Assembly: GCA_021613535.1 (NCBI GenBank)
Contig: CP075496.1
Coordinates: 2,790,001-2,854,000, forward strand
Length of the DNA: 64,000 nucleotides
Direction of reading: 5' to 3'
Origin: Adineta vaga
Taxonomy: Eukaryota > Animalia > Rotifera
The notes under the pieces were generated by a model. It made no database searches. It saw only the letters and a program-made list of their open reading frames with translations, and was not told where the DNA came from. The position numbers and the translations under genes were made by a program. Below, piece by piece: positions 38,413 through 52,906 of the stretch (the first letter of the stretch is position 1; each line of letters starts with the position of its first letter).

Positions 38413-40550
38413 ATGTATTTAAAACGAATTCTTTATTTTAGTAGAAAACTTATTTATTCATCTAAACAAATTTCAACTATGTCGACATTTACATCTCGTA
38501 CAAATATTGTCACAGGAAATAATGACTGGGTGTTTGTTGATGATGATAATTTTGATTATCAACAAGAATTAGCTCGATCAGCATTTGCTGATATGCTTCA
38601 TGATCATGAACGTAATATTCAATATGAAAAAGCAATTATTAAAACAATTAACACACTTTCAAAAACTATTGATAGAATACATGTACTTGATATTGGAACA
38701 GGTACTGGTCTTCTTTCTATGATGGCTGCACGAGCATTAAATTCCTCATGTTCATCGCGCATTACTGCTTGTGAAGTATTTCAACCCATGGCGAAAATTG
38801 CGAAGAAATGTATTGAAAGGAATGGTTTTAATGATCGTATTCGTGTGATTGATAAACGTTCAACTGAACTTGATTTAAATAGAGATTTAGAAGGTGATCG
38901 AATTAATATGATTGTCGCTGAAGTATTCGACACTGAATTGATTGGTGAAGGTGCTTTACGAACATTTTCCGAAGCATGTAAACATTTAACAATTGATAAG
39001 GATAATCTTCGAATAATTCCAGCACGTGCAATTATTTATATTCAATTAGTTGAATCATCATTTCTTCAAGAATTTCATACATTAAAAAACTTATTGAACG
39101 AAGAAAAACGTATTCAAATTCCATTGGATTGTCGAAATTTAGCTGGTGATACAATCTTTGATTTAAATGTTAATGAAATCAAAGATAATATTCGTCCATT
39201 ATCGAAACCAATACCAATATTTGATTTTGATTTTAAATCAATCAATGATAAAAATAATTTTACTGAAGAGAAAATTTTCAAAAATATTTCTTGTGAAACG
39301 GATGGACAAATCGATGCTTTTATTATGTGGTGGAATTTAGATATGGATGAAGATGGAGAAATTCAATTAGGTACAATACCAATTTGGTGTTATGATGATC
39401 CAGAAAAGGCGAAACATATTCAATGGAGAGAACATTGGATACATGGAATTTATTATCCTCAACAATCAAAACAAATCAAAGCAAAAGAAGAAGTAAGAAT
39501 TTATTTTATTGTATAAAGATTATTGTCCTATTTTGTTTTCTTTAGATAGATTTATATTGTTTTCATGATGAATATAGTTTGTATTTCGATGTGGGTTCAT
39601 CACCATTTCCATCTCGTTCATTTACACCAGCATTTCTTAGTCGTTCAGCAATGGCTGGTTTTAATAATGATAAACGTCGTAATAAATATATCGAAGGTTT
39701 GAAAAAATCGTTTTCAAATTCATCGATCAATCGTTGTTTATATATCGGTGATGGATTATTATTACCGTTACTTGTTCTTGAAATGTATCCACATATTGAA
39801 TTGATTATTTTCCAATCATCGAATATTCATTTAGTTCAAACATTAAAAGCTATTCTTGAAAATTCTTCAAATCAATGCAATTATCGATTTATATCATCAT
39901 TAGATAAAGATACAATTGATTTTCAAAATCTTGACATGATTTTATCAGAACCGTTTTTTACGAAATCAATTTTACCATGGGATAATCTTCATTTCTATTA
40001 TCTTCTTCAGCAACAACAACAACATTCGAATATAAAACTATTTCCTCAAAAAGCTCGAATACGTTGTATTGCATTAGAATTTGATAATTTACATAAAATC
40101 CGTTCACCTGTTCATCAATGTTGTCAATTTGATTTAACACCATTTGATCAACAAATTCTTGGAGCTTCATTAAATGTTGATGCAATGATAGAACCTCAAT
40201 CTTTATTCGAATATTCATCAAAAAAGCCAACACTTTCACCAATTATTGATTTGATTGAAATTGATTTTCAAAAAAATTATCAAGACAAAATTGAAAAAAA
40301 TCATTTCGATATACCCATTACAGCCGATGGTATTTGTAATGGTATTGCATTTTGGATTGATTATCAATTAGAAGAAAATCTTTGGTTAACAACTGGTATC
40401 GAAAATGAGAATGATTCATGGGTTAATTATTCAAAACAAGGTGTACATCTTCTATTAAAACCATTGAAAATCAAATCTGGAATGAAATTATCGATTAATG
40501 CTGGATTTAATTTTCAACAAGGACAATTTCTTTTTGATATTCTTTCCTAG
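38413..40550 (+). CDS. PRMT7: Protein arginine N-methyltransferase 7 (intron 39493-39545); the conserved start is probably 38479
   Basis: DYQQELARSAFADMLHDHERN, VLDIGTGTGLLSMMA, AEVFDTELIGEG, WREHW, CFHDEYSLYF, plus a second degenerate methyltransferase module (SEPFF..LPW). Confidence 0.96.
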
Positions 40551-43268
40551 TTTTTCATCGATTTCTTTGTTTGTTTGTTTGTTTGTTTGTTTAAAAAAAT
40601 CGAATCAGATAAACTTTTTAAATTGATTCACATACATGAATCAAACTAACATCTGGATATTATCTCACCTACTATGCAATAGAAATTTCAATGATGCATT
40701 TATATTTCCAATGGATCAGAAGGGAATTGTCCTATCATTAAATATCATGTGTATCTTATTTAATTGTCGAAGAAAACAAGAAGAAACATCAGTACAGAGC
40801 TTTTCATTGACAAGTTATTTATTTTCTGTGAAAAAAATTCAATAAAAACATATCAAAAGAAAAATTAAACTTATTTGCTTTTTAGAAATAGATTAAATTT
40901 GAATATTCTACGAAATATATACGTTTATATAATCAAATACTTATTTGCCAGCTTTTTTTCAGTAACAATCGAATTGTTTGCATATCAAGTGTCATTTTAC
41001 GTTTAACACTTTCTTTCATTGCATCTCATACATCAATTTTGCTTGATCACGACATTGTCAAGGTAAATGCCGATATACACGCTGTTGCAACTACCTTCTG
41101 TTGTTTCTCCCAATGTTTTACATCAACCCGACAGTTAACTATTGCTTTATTCATCTGTTCTTCTCATTCGCATCATGCAGCATACATTCTTTCAAGCACA
41201 TATTGATTCATTTTCATACTCTTACACTTTTGCATCTACCTGAATCGAGAACACGGATAGACAAAAGAGAAAAGCTGATGCCCTACACACGTTTATAGTC
41301 AGTCTGGTGACCATCGCTTTGAATAGCATTTAACAGAGTGATACTACTTATTCGTTTATACTTTCATTTCTTATACCCATTTTCTCTTATCCAGCACATT
41401 TATTCATTCGTTCGTCCATCCATATGCATAGAGTAAAAAGAATGGACGAAACATCTGCAGTTGCCTTTCAGCTTGTACGCTTTGTATGAGTGCTCGTGTT
41501 TTATAGTCTTTCGAACAAATTCGACGTGTTCTCTTGCTTGATAGTATGCATTCTATTTTGCAAGGAGGAGTAAGAGTAATAGTAGCAATAGCAGTAGCAA
41601 TCTGTGAGATGGGCGAACGCACGAAACGAGTAGGAAAGAGAGTGAGTGAGTGAGAGAGACGGAGAAAAAAAAGAAAATGCATTCGACAAGCAACTACCAG
41701 AAGTAATAACAACCTTCATTCCTTTCAATAAATATCAAGAGCATATCTTCACAAACAAGCCTATTTTTCTTTGTAATAGATTGTTAAAAGACAAATCAAT
41801 GAACAGTAAGATAATTTCATCGTTGACTTTCATCAATATGAATAAATAAATAATATTTAAACAAGTTTTTTTTTCTTTGTGAAAAGTAAGAGAACGAAGA
41901 ACAGAACATTGATTGAATTGAATATGTGAAGAGTAAACAATGATTATCGAAAACAGTTTCCAAAAATTTTCAATAAAGTTTATGGAAAAAGAAAAGTTTT
42001 TTTTTCTTCTACCTCATTTAGCACTTAGCAACATGCTATATACGATAACGAGGGACTAGAAATCGAAAGAAAATGAGGCAGAAAAGAGAAGAAAAGAAAG
42101 AGAACGGTCAAAATAGAGAAGGTGACACTGCATACTAGTAATCGTTTTTATTTGTTGGTTATGTTCTTCTTGTTGTCACTAGTCGTTCTTATATATGTCC
42201 AGGCATGTCTATGTATGATCGATTTATTAGAACGAACAGTAATGTTTGAAAGTTACAGGAGAAATATTCTATTTTATTCTTTTCTTTTCAAAATGTGTTA
42301 CCTGTCTAATATTGATTTGTTTTTCAATTTGATATTAATTGTCTCTATGTTTATTTTTTTTAATCAGATATCTTATCGCTATTGCTCATAACTTTAAGTG
42401 TATTTCCGGAATGAAGAAACAAAAACAAAACGAATGCCTTGACTACCGAAATCCATCACTTGACTCCGTAATTATTTTCTTTTCAATATAAATAATAACA
42501 TTCAAGTGTTAGTGCGCGTCTTCATTATTATTATCATCATCATCACAGTGTAACGTTGGGCACAAAACTCGCATTTGCACTGGCGGCGTCTATAGCTAAC
42601 TGGCGTGTATGTCCTTGCTTGCTCACATGCGCCTACCCTTCCCTAACTGTAAAAAAAGAAGAACAGACAAGAAATCGACGACTTTGCTTTCCGTCAAAGC
42701 AAAAACTGCAACGGTTGTCGGGGGTATAAAAAACGTACTGCAAGCCAACCTTGGTAGATACTTTAAACGTGCTGTTTGATGTTACGTAGAGTGCAGAAAA
42801 AAGAAAACCGATAGAAAGAACTATAAGGTATGTGTTCTGTTATTTATTTCAAATGTCGAAAAAAATGAATATATATATGTATGTATATGTATGTATATGC
42901 ATGGATATGAGCAGACATACAAATAAAGTATAAGTATTTATCATTAAAAAAAAGCTATCTGTGAATTAATAACTAGCATGTATATGTATGTATATATGTA
43001 TTGAAGGAGTATTAACTAGATGTATTGAATTAAAATACATGCTTTTTGCTTTTTATTCTATGGTATAAAATAGAGAAAGGTGATTCGAACTATAGAGATT
43101 CTTCTGCTACTGCATTCGCTTTGTCGCTTAGTCTGCCTGCACCAGCTCGACGCACATATACGCACATGCGTCTATTCTTCTCTTTTCTCCTTCTTCGACA
43201 AGGCAGACAGCAGAAAGCATACACGCGGCATACATACACACGTACATAAGCATAGTGATCATATCGGA

Positions 43269-43299
<31 letters not shown>

Positions 43300-43395
43300 C
43301 CGCGTCGGCGGTCAACTCTGTTTCGCTCTTGTCACTCCAATAGATTGTACTTCGTATATTCTAGATTATATAGATAAATCTATACTTTCAGCAAG

Positions 43396-46300
43396 ATGAT
43401 GATGGACACCACCGTTGATATGGACGGTACGGCGTTCATTTGTCCCGAATGTAATTTTAATGGTAAAAGTTTACCAGAATTGATTAGCCACTTAAATGAC
43501 GCACACAGTGAAGGTTTGTTTATTTAACACCAAGATACTCTCTGTTTCAGTAACTGATCTTATTTAATAAATATAGAAACGGCTATTAAAAGTGAAGCAC
43601 CACCAAAAACTGTTCCATCAGTAATGCAACCAGAAAAACGTTCAAGACGTAAGCCAGCTTTTAGTCATCAGGTAAGGCTTAATCATCTTTTTCTTTTGCC
43701 TTTGATTTTTTATCCTTTCGCTTTCGTTGATTTCGAAGATTATTTCTCAAGCATCACGACCATCGTCAACATTATTTAATCAACATAATCAATCAAACAA
43801 CGAATCAGGTATTGATTGCATGATTTCCTTGATCAAATTTTTCAGTTTTTGAAATAGAATCAAACGAACTTTGGAATCGAAGTTCAACATTAGATAGAAA
43901 TGAACCAACATCTATATCAACATTTACAGATGACTCATCCATATCGATGATTAGTGATGAAAATACTAATATAAATATAAATTCTAAACATCTATCCAAT
44001 TCTATGCCTACTGCTAAACGTAATCCAAATGTCCTTCATTCAATTCTTAGTCAACAACGACCAATAGCACCAAAAAATGGTTCACCAACAGCAACAAAAA
44101 GTAAACGAAAACATAGTTCTATCACATATTTTTCTCAAATATCCTTTTTAGTTACACCTCTCTCATCACCATTGGTAAGTTCCTCACCAACTACCGATAA
44201 TTCATTTTATTCACCAACAAATCATTCCATACAAGCATATCGAAAAAATTTTCAATGTCGAATGTGCCGTTTAACTTACAAAGTATTCTATTGCATTATT
44301 TCTATTTGTTTTCAATTTTTGCTTTTTGTTTTCTTTTCATTTAGAATTTTCATGATTGTACAGCTCATATACGTAAAAAACATGAAATTAGTCATGCACA
44401 AGCTGGACAGTATGTTGAAAAACTCGATACAGATGCGCCATTACCACCGTCAGCAACTGGAAATTATAAATTTCGTGTTAAAGTTAAATCATTACCACCC
44501 CAACACCACCTAATAAATTCAACAACAACAGCAATAAAACGAACTTCATTCACACCTGATTTTACTCAAATATTTCAATGTAAATATTGTTCATTTACAA
44601 GTAATTGGCCAGAAGAACTTAGTAAACATCAACGTTCGATACATCCGAATTACCCGCCATATCTTTTACAACACGATTATTCAAATGATGATCAAGAAAT
44701 CAATAATAATAATTTGAATGATGATGAAAGTATATCAACACTATTAATTGATTCAGTCGGAGCTTTTGGAGAAGTTATTGATTCGAATGAAGCTATGGAT
44801 GGAAATGATTGTGATGAAATGGAATGTCAAGATGAGGAATTATTGATTGAACATGATGTTGATGATGATGAAGAAGATGCGTAAGTATTCGATTTAATTA
44901 TTTATTCAACTTTTCTTGTTTGTCTTTTTCAAGACTTTGGAAATATCAACAAGAAATTAATGATATATCTGAATCAGATCTTATAATCACAAATAATAAC
45001 AATAATCTATCAAATTATTCATTTGCAAGACGATTTAAAAAATTTCGTTGTCCACATTGTGAACATTCGTATGATAATCTTATGAGTTTTATTTATTTAT
45101 TTTCGTTTCTACCATTGATTCTTTTAGTGCACCAACATTAACTAAATTAAAACTTCATGTAGCAACCCATATCAATATTAAACCATTCATGTGTTCAATT
45201 TGTGGATGGAGAGCAAATCTTCGTTGGTATATTCAAGTGAGGTTTTAAACTGTAGGAAAAGAGTTCGTATTCTAAGAACTGATTAACTCATGAAAGGAAA
45301 AATACGTTTTTGAAATAAATGCAAAGTAAATCCATCAAATCCTTGATATATGTGTTTTAGACTGAATATATAAGATATCTTTTCTATTTCTTAAATATTT
45401 CATTTGATAGTGTCATGCAAAAAAACGTCATTCAAATATGAATTTTGAAGTTTTACAACTATCTCATGAAGAAGCTGAACAAACTATCAATGCATATATG
45501 AAAGAACGTGGTCTCGATCCAAAATTAAATCTTCATCAAGATTCTAAACGTCGTTTTCAATGTTCATTCTGTCAATTTCGTTCGAGTCATCCAAAATTTC
45601 TTGAACAACATATGGCCACCAATCATCCACAGAAATCTTTTTCAAAACTATTGACTAATAAATCTCAACCGAACAATAAAATCAATTCATCAAGTCAATC
45701 AAATAGTTATGATTCTAATGATGACAAACTCTATTCTAAATTTATGATTAAACCACCAGTAACAACATCTAATAGTGATTATCATGAAGATAAACAACCA
45801 TCTCAAGCACTTTATAATCGTTCAAGTTTAATACAGTCGGATGGAACAGTCATCTTACCTGATCCATCACAAATAGTTTATCCAAATTTTTCTTCGCATG
45901 CTAATTTTAATTCAAATCGTTTGTTCTATTGTGCTTTATGTTATCGTGGTTATCGATGGCGTTATGATGTTAAACGTCACCATAAAACGATGCATGAAAC
46001 ACCTGAAGATGAAGCTGCAATGGGTTTATCAATGAGTCCAAAATCTGTTAAACGTCGAAATAAAGAATTCAATCGAAATTTTCGTTATTTGGAATATGTT
46101 CCACAATTAGATGGTCTCATTCAAGCATCAATGTCAAGTGTTAGTAATCATAATCAACATCATAATAATCAACATCATCATCATCATCATCATCAATATT
46201 CAATTAAACAAGATAATGGCTTTGATGGAGAACCAACATTGGATAATATTACTGATGAAGATGATAGTCAAGATGATGATTTAAAATTAAATATAGCTGA

Positions 46301-48333
46301 AGCACGTACAGTTGATATAACTGAAGATGAAGCAGCTGCTTTACTTATGATTGACCCACTAAAATCAGATAATAGCTCATTACTTGTTACTGATCATCCG
46401 GATGATTCCATTATTATATTTGATGATGATCGTTCTAATTTAAATAAATCAAATGATCTATCGAAAAGTTTAAATCGTTCATCAACTGGTTTTAAACCAT
46501 ATCGTTGTCCATATTGTTTTTATCGGACAAACTGGCGTACAGATTCCTTACGACATATTCGTGCCCGTCATAAAATTGAACCTACACAAGATGGATATTA
46601 TGAAATGACGTCAGAAGAAGCTGAAAGTACTTATGCGGAATATGAACGAACATTTGGTTTTGTTGTTTCAAAGAAAGTTTTAGGACGTTTTACAGATTTT
46701 CGTCATATGGAATGGAAAGATTTACAACGATCAATTTGGGACAAAATTAAGGATAAACAAGGTTATGAACAAATTATCTATGATCGTCTTCGACCAGATG
46801 ATTATATTGAAACAACAAAAATGAGTCCAACAACAATTACCAAACAATCAATTCCTACATCGATAGTTAATAAAACATCATCTATACTTAAATCGAAACG
46901 AATGTTTACTTGTATGAAATGTGCATTTCGTTCACATAAACTTATCGAATTAGATAAACATATCTGTACACAATATCAAAAGGTAAATTTCAATGTGAAA
47001 TGTAACATTTCCTTGTTATTTTTCTCTTTTTCTTCTAGTTAAAACAAGGGCAAATACATGGAAAATGTCTCGTTTCACTTTATCAATGTACGAAATGTTC
47101 ATATCGAACAATATATAAAAATTATGCACGAAAACATATTTGTTTACATCGAATGAAGGATAAAAAACGAAAGAAATTCTATTATTGTTCATTTTGTGGA
47201 TATAATCATCACCAACGAAATATAATCACTGTACATATTGCTAAACAACATTCAACAGAAAATACATCTACAACAACAAGTTCTTCGAAGGTAATGAAAG
47301 TTTTCTTCCATAGTTATAGATTCCCTCAATGTAAATACGACAAATTCTTTCTCTTCTTTGGTATTCTAAATAGCATCTAGTCAGAATACCATGGAACTCC
47401 GTGTTATTTCTCTTAATATACTTGAATAATTAAATAGTTTACGAAGAAAAAGATTAGTGCGAAAGTATCTCTCATTGTTATTACTCAAGTGATAAGAGTT
47501 AAAATGAAAAAACGAATGTCTATTTTTCAATGAATAGTTTATTATAATTTATGAATTCTATTTAGACAAATAATGATGCTGATTTTTCTATAAAACAAAT
47601 AAATTTACGTCGATCATTCATTGAAAATCAATTAGCTAAGCATCAAGTGGAAAATTCTTCTATTTTTTATTGTTCCGCATGTCCACATATCTCCACTTCA
47701 GTATTAGAACATGATCATCATCAATCATGTCATCAATTTAACTCTTTGAATCCATACAAATGCTCTCATTGTACATTTGCATCGAATTCGTTATTATATA
47801 CAGTAGATATTTTCTGATTTTATTTCTTCGTTTTATCATTTAAATTTTTCTAGCAACAACATAATCTATTGCATTCAAAAACAAGTCGTTTATTATCATT
47901 GCATACTGATACAAAAAATTTCAAACATCTTTGTAAGTTTCATTATTTAATTGATTAAAATTTTGTATTAAAGATTTTGTTTATAGCGGTGTCCATGATA
48001 TACAAAGAAACTCTTGGTAAAAATCATCGTTATCATTGTCCGATTTGTCGAAAATTTTCGTCGAGTACTTCATCAATAGTACTCAATCATATCAAAGTGA
48101 GAATTTAAATTTACTTAATCAATTTTCTAGATTTTTTTCATTCTTTTAGAATACTCATACAGAGAACAGTAATCAACTTGATAATAGCCTGATAATCGGC
48201 TCAGATATAGCGAAAGAAATTCTTGCATTAGGAAGTAAATTGATTAGCAAATAGTTTCAATCAATTTGATTTATTTTGGTAAAATTTTTCTTTAGAAACG
48301 GTGACTAATGATCAACAAATGGATCTTAGTTGA
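43396..48333 (+). CDS. Large multi-C2H2 zinc-finger transcription factor, many exons
   Basis: More than 10 dispersed C-x2-C...H-x3/4-H fingers (for example FICPEC, FQCRMC, FRCPHC, KPFMCSIC, KPYRCPYC), an acidic tract and a poly-His tract; ends QQMDLS*. Confidence 0.88.
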
Positions 48334-48963
48334 TTATTCTCCACGAGAATGTTGCTCAAACAAGTTTATACAAACTTGAAAAAAAAAAACAAACAATTGA
48401 AACATAAACATACAATTTTTGTATAACGTCAGATGGTTTTGTTCCCTTTATTCTTTTCCATATCGATTTTTGTTGATGTTATTTCTTTTTTTTCCTTTGG
48501 TTATCTCGAAACTTTGATGTTCTATTCATATGAACTTTGTTGCCATTTTTTTCTTTTTTTCTTTTCGACGAATATTCGTCTCCTGTATTGCATCAGACAT
48601 CCAGTTATCTTCATTTGTACACTATGTGTTCAAACAAACTGAAACTTCAGACAGAGACAGAGAGAAAAAGTCCTCTTCTTTCCTTAAAAATAGTATGTTT
48701 CTGTAACGGTTCTCTGTTTACTTTATCATTTTGTCTTTATCTATTTTTGTTGCCTGTCTAACTATATATACCAAACATATGAAACTGATTCTCATTTACA
48801 TTGAATGTTTTATTCGATTTCATACAGACTTATAGATCTAATGAATATTTATGATTTGGAGATTTTCTTTTTGAATTCAAATGTATATTTACAAAGAATT
48901 GTTATTCGACAAAGTAACAATAATACGAAAAAGATATATATATATATAATAGATAGATAATTA

Positions 48964-50573
48964 TTAAAATTTACAATTATCCGGTGGCATAAATGTTGTA
49001 CGCTGTTGTTCTTTGCGTTTTTCTTGTAATTCAGCAAAGAATGTGGTAACATCATTCGCTGTTAAAACTCCATCACCATGAGCTTTTCCACGAAGAAAAT
49101 CACCTAATGATTGTTTGAAATCATTAATACCTAAAAGATTTTTCAGTATTTCTTCTTTCTTTTCCAATCACTTCATTTCATTTTACCTTGTAAAACTTCT
49201 AATTTTTTCACATGATCAAGTCTTTGTAATGAATCAGCAAGCAACTGATCACCATCAAGATTTGCACTTTTAGCTAAGGCTTGTTTTTCATATTCTTGTA
49301 CAGCGTCATCATCATTAAATATAACTGTTAAATTAACATCATCATATAATTTCTAATTACGTAAAAAAGTTACTTTTTTTATACTAAAATTGTATATTAT
49401 CAATTCAACTTACACAACATTGATTACAACGACATAATCGTTTTCGCCAATCATCACGTAAGAAGATTGTATGAGGCTCCTTAATGTTTACATTACTATT
49501 GGAATTGAGAAGACACAATGGAGTATTACTAGCAGCTACATTGATAAAGAAAAAAAAACATTATCAAGAATAAAGAGACATTTTAGAAAATTAAATATGA
49601 TTTACCAGCATTATTTTCTACGGCAAGTGTAACAATTGAACGAGATTCTAAATGAGATAATTCAATTTTGAAATCATGTATATTGCTCGTTCTCTTTACC
49701 ATCATAATGAATTAGAAATGGATATTTAGTAACACATGATTGACAAATCATATCCATTTGATCACTTTCATTTTCTTCCATTGGTAATGAAACACCCAAA
49801 TGCTTTAAGAAGATAATAAAAAGAAATGAATAGACATGAAATTCGAAATTTATTTACTTGACTATGAAACCAATCTTCACAAATCATACATTGAAGCATA
49901 GCATCATCAGCTGTCTGAAAACAAATAAATAATTTTCATCTTTTCGCTCCACAGATATGTGATGATTTACTGGTGATTCTTTATCAGGATATGGACGTTT
50001 ACATGTACAATATAAACCACGAAAATTATCATCATACTTATTCGAAAGATTCTCTGAATCTTTATTCTAAAATACAAATCAAATCAATTGAAATTATAAG
50101 AAATGGAGATCTTACCGGACAAAGTTTACATGGTTGATTATTAAATTTCGAATTTCCACAATCACAACGGAAAAATCTTTGTCGAAAAAAAAGACAATAA
50201 CATATCTTTGAAAAGTTTGTAAATAACAAATACCCTACCGTCGTGTATATAATTCATTAACTTCATGATTTTGATGACAATGATATGCACATGCTGCACA
50301 AATACCAGCTAATTGACCATTACCATTCTTATAACATGTCATACAAACAAATAGAGCTTGTCGTTTTACATATCCCTGAAATAATAAAACTTTATCAATG
50401 TATATTCTTTATTCGAATTTCTGCTTCTTTACTTGAGGATATGTGCATATGTCCGTATCACAATTTCCATATAATGCTCGTTCACGATCTAATTCAGCTT
50501 CTTCATCATCAATTTGTTCAAGTAATTCACTATATGTAACAATTTCTTCATCGTCTTTGTCCGTAGTTGACAT
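48964..50573 (-). CDS. UBR7: UBR-box/PHD E3 ligase UBR7, multi-exon
   Basis: CTYPQGYVKRQALFVCMTC, ELYTRR.FRCDCGNSKF, NFRGLYCTCKRPYPD, MLQCMICEDWFH, and a C-terminal VLTANDVTTFFAEL. Confidence 0.95.
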
Positions 50574-51074
50574 GAAAGCTTTTTTTCTAATCAAAATAAA
50601 AAATTCATGATATATTGACTTGACAACGAAATGAAAACGATTAACAAATTTATTATCTAGGAAATAAACGTCTTTCATTACTGATAAATCTCTCAATTCA
50701 TACATTCCTATAACTTAGTTGTATTGTATTTCTCTCGAAAAAATATTCTATCAGCTTACCTATATATATATATATATATGTATCTCGAATATAAAGTAAA
50801 AGTGTTGTGTCTTATTTTTTTTATTTCGACGATGTTTTTTTTAAAAGAGTATTCTCTAGAACAAACCAAAAAGAAAACAAGATGATCAATGATACGACAT
50901 AATGTCCTAGAACAGTGCAAAAGATTAATAGAAAAAAAAAGAAGAAGAAAAGAAGTATAATAACGGTAAAAACACAACAATAACGATAACAATGTCATTC
51001 ATCAAGTTGAAGAGCATCATATGCAAACACGCACACGCACACAGATTTGTTCTTTATGTCTCGTTCATCAATGT

Positions 51075-52906
51075 CTAATCGTCATTATCCCATCCTTTAT
51101 TTTCTTTTTGTTTTGGTCCACCAGCTGGTTTAGCACAAATTATCTCATCAACACTTAAAACTGTACAAGCAGCTTTAGTTGCAAATAAAATGGCCCATTT
51201 CTTTGTTATAAATAAATCATATAATTCATTTAACTTAACATCAGCTGTATCACATGTAACATCAGCTGATTGAGTTAACTCCGATTGTACTTGTCCAATA
51301 AGAAAGCCCAAATTTGGATTATCACGATGACCAACATAGAGTTTAGCTAAAATTTCTGTACTTTTTACTCCAGAATTTTCTGCAAGAATCTTTGGAATTG
51401 ATTCAAATGTTTCAGCAAAACGTTGAATAGCATATTGTTCAATTCCAGGACATGTACGACCATATTCTGTAAGTTTTGAAGCTAATTCAATTTCAGTTGC
51501 CCCACCACCTGGTAATAACATTGGATCACGTGTTAATGCTTTAAAATTATTAACAGCATCATCAACAGCACGTTCACAATCATCAAGAATCTAAATGAAA
51601 TCAAAGAAAAAAGTTTTATTTCTCTTGTTTTTTTTTCTCCATTAAATTATTTCCTTACTTGATCAGTTGATCCACGAAGAATTAAGGTTGCAATATGTGA
51701 TTTCGCATGTTTAAAAACTACCACATGTGTTTCACCAATTTCATCAATATAAATCGAATCACAAGCTCCAATTTCATCATGTGTTGGTGCACGAAGTTTT
51801 GGTAAAACAACAGCATCAATTGTTTTGGCTACACGACGTAAATCGAATTTTGACATTAAACGTACAGCCATAATTTTATATTTATTCAAAAAATGAAGTG
51901 CCATTTCACCGACCTTACCACCACTAACAATAACATTGATACCAGCATCAGCTAATGCTTTAATTTGATGTTCAATACTTGCTTCTTCATCTTTTGAAAA
52001 AGCCAATAATTCATCAGCTGATTTCAATAAAACTGTTCCTTTGGTTTCTGTTACTTGAATATCAATTGGACAACTAAAACAAGCAATACGTGCTTGATTT
52101 GTTTTTGTTATTTCGGATTCAATTTCACGTTTTATAACCATGCCTGGAATCATTGTTGATTGAAATAAACCTCCACCTAAGATCTTACAAATACGAACAT
52201 TATCCACATTGAATGAACTTGTTGAATCACTGCCAGTTACTGTTAAACATGCTTTTGTTACTAATTCACCTAAAAATTCATGATAACCAAATAATTTACT
52301 ACCAATTGCTGTTTGAAGCACTTTGGTAATAATTGCTTCATTATCACGTAAATTCTCTTTTGTTAAATTCATTTTCATTTCAAGTGTTGGCAATAATTCT
52401 AATGTTTTTTTCAATGCTAAATTAAATCCATCGGTGACTTCACTCGGTGATAAACCCATGCGAAGAAGGCTTTCAGCATTTTCAAGTAATTTAGCAGCAA
52501 ATAATATAACATAATTTGTGCCATCACCAATTTCTTTCTCTTGCATATCACTTGCCAGCATTAAGATTTTAGCAGCTGGATGAACCACATCAATTTCACG
52601 AAGAATTGAAGCAGCATCATTTGTAACAAATAATTTTTCAATATGATTAATAACCATTTTATTCAAACCATTTGGACCAAAACTTGATGTTGTTGTTTCG
52701 CTTAATTCTTTACAAGCACCGATATTACGATAAACAGCTTCATCAAGACCTAAAAAATATGATCAGAAATAGAACACTATGTGATATTAATGAGCAATAG
52801 CTCAAGTATTTAACATAACGGTTTATTTATACTTACCATGCGTATATTTTGAACCTTCCTTCATCATGGAAGCGAAACCGGGAGCTTTTGGTACGCGTAG
52901 AGCCAT
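51075..52906 (-). CDS. CCT8: T-complex protein 1 subunit theta, 3 exons
   Basis: MALRVPKAPGFASMMKEG, GPNGLNKMVINHIEKLFVTNDAA, GDGTN, GGGATEIEL and KPAGGPK...WDNDD*. Confidence 0.97.
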
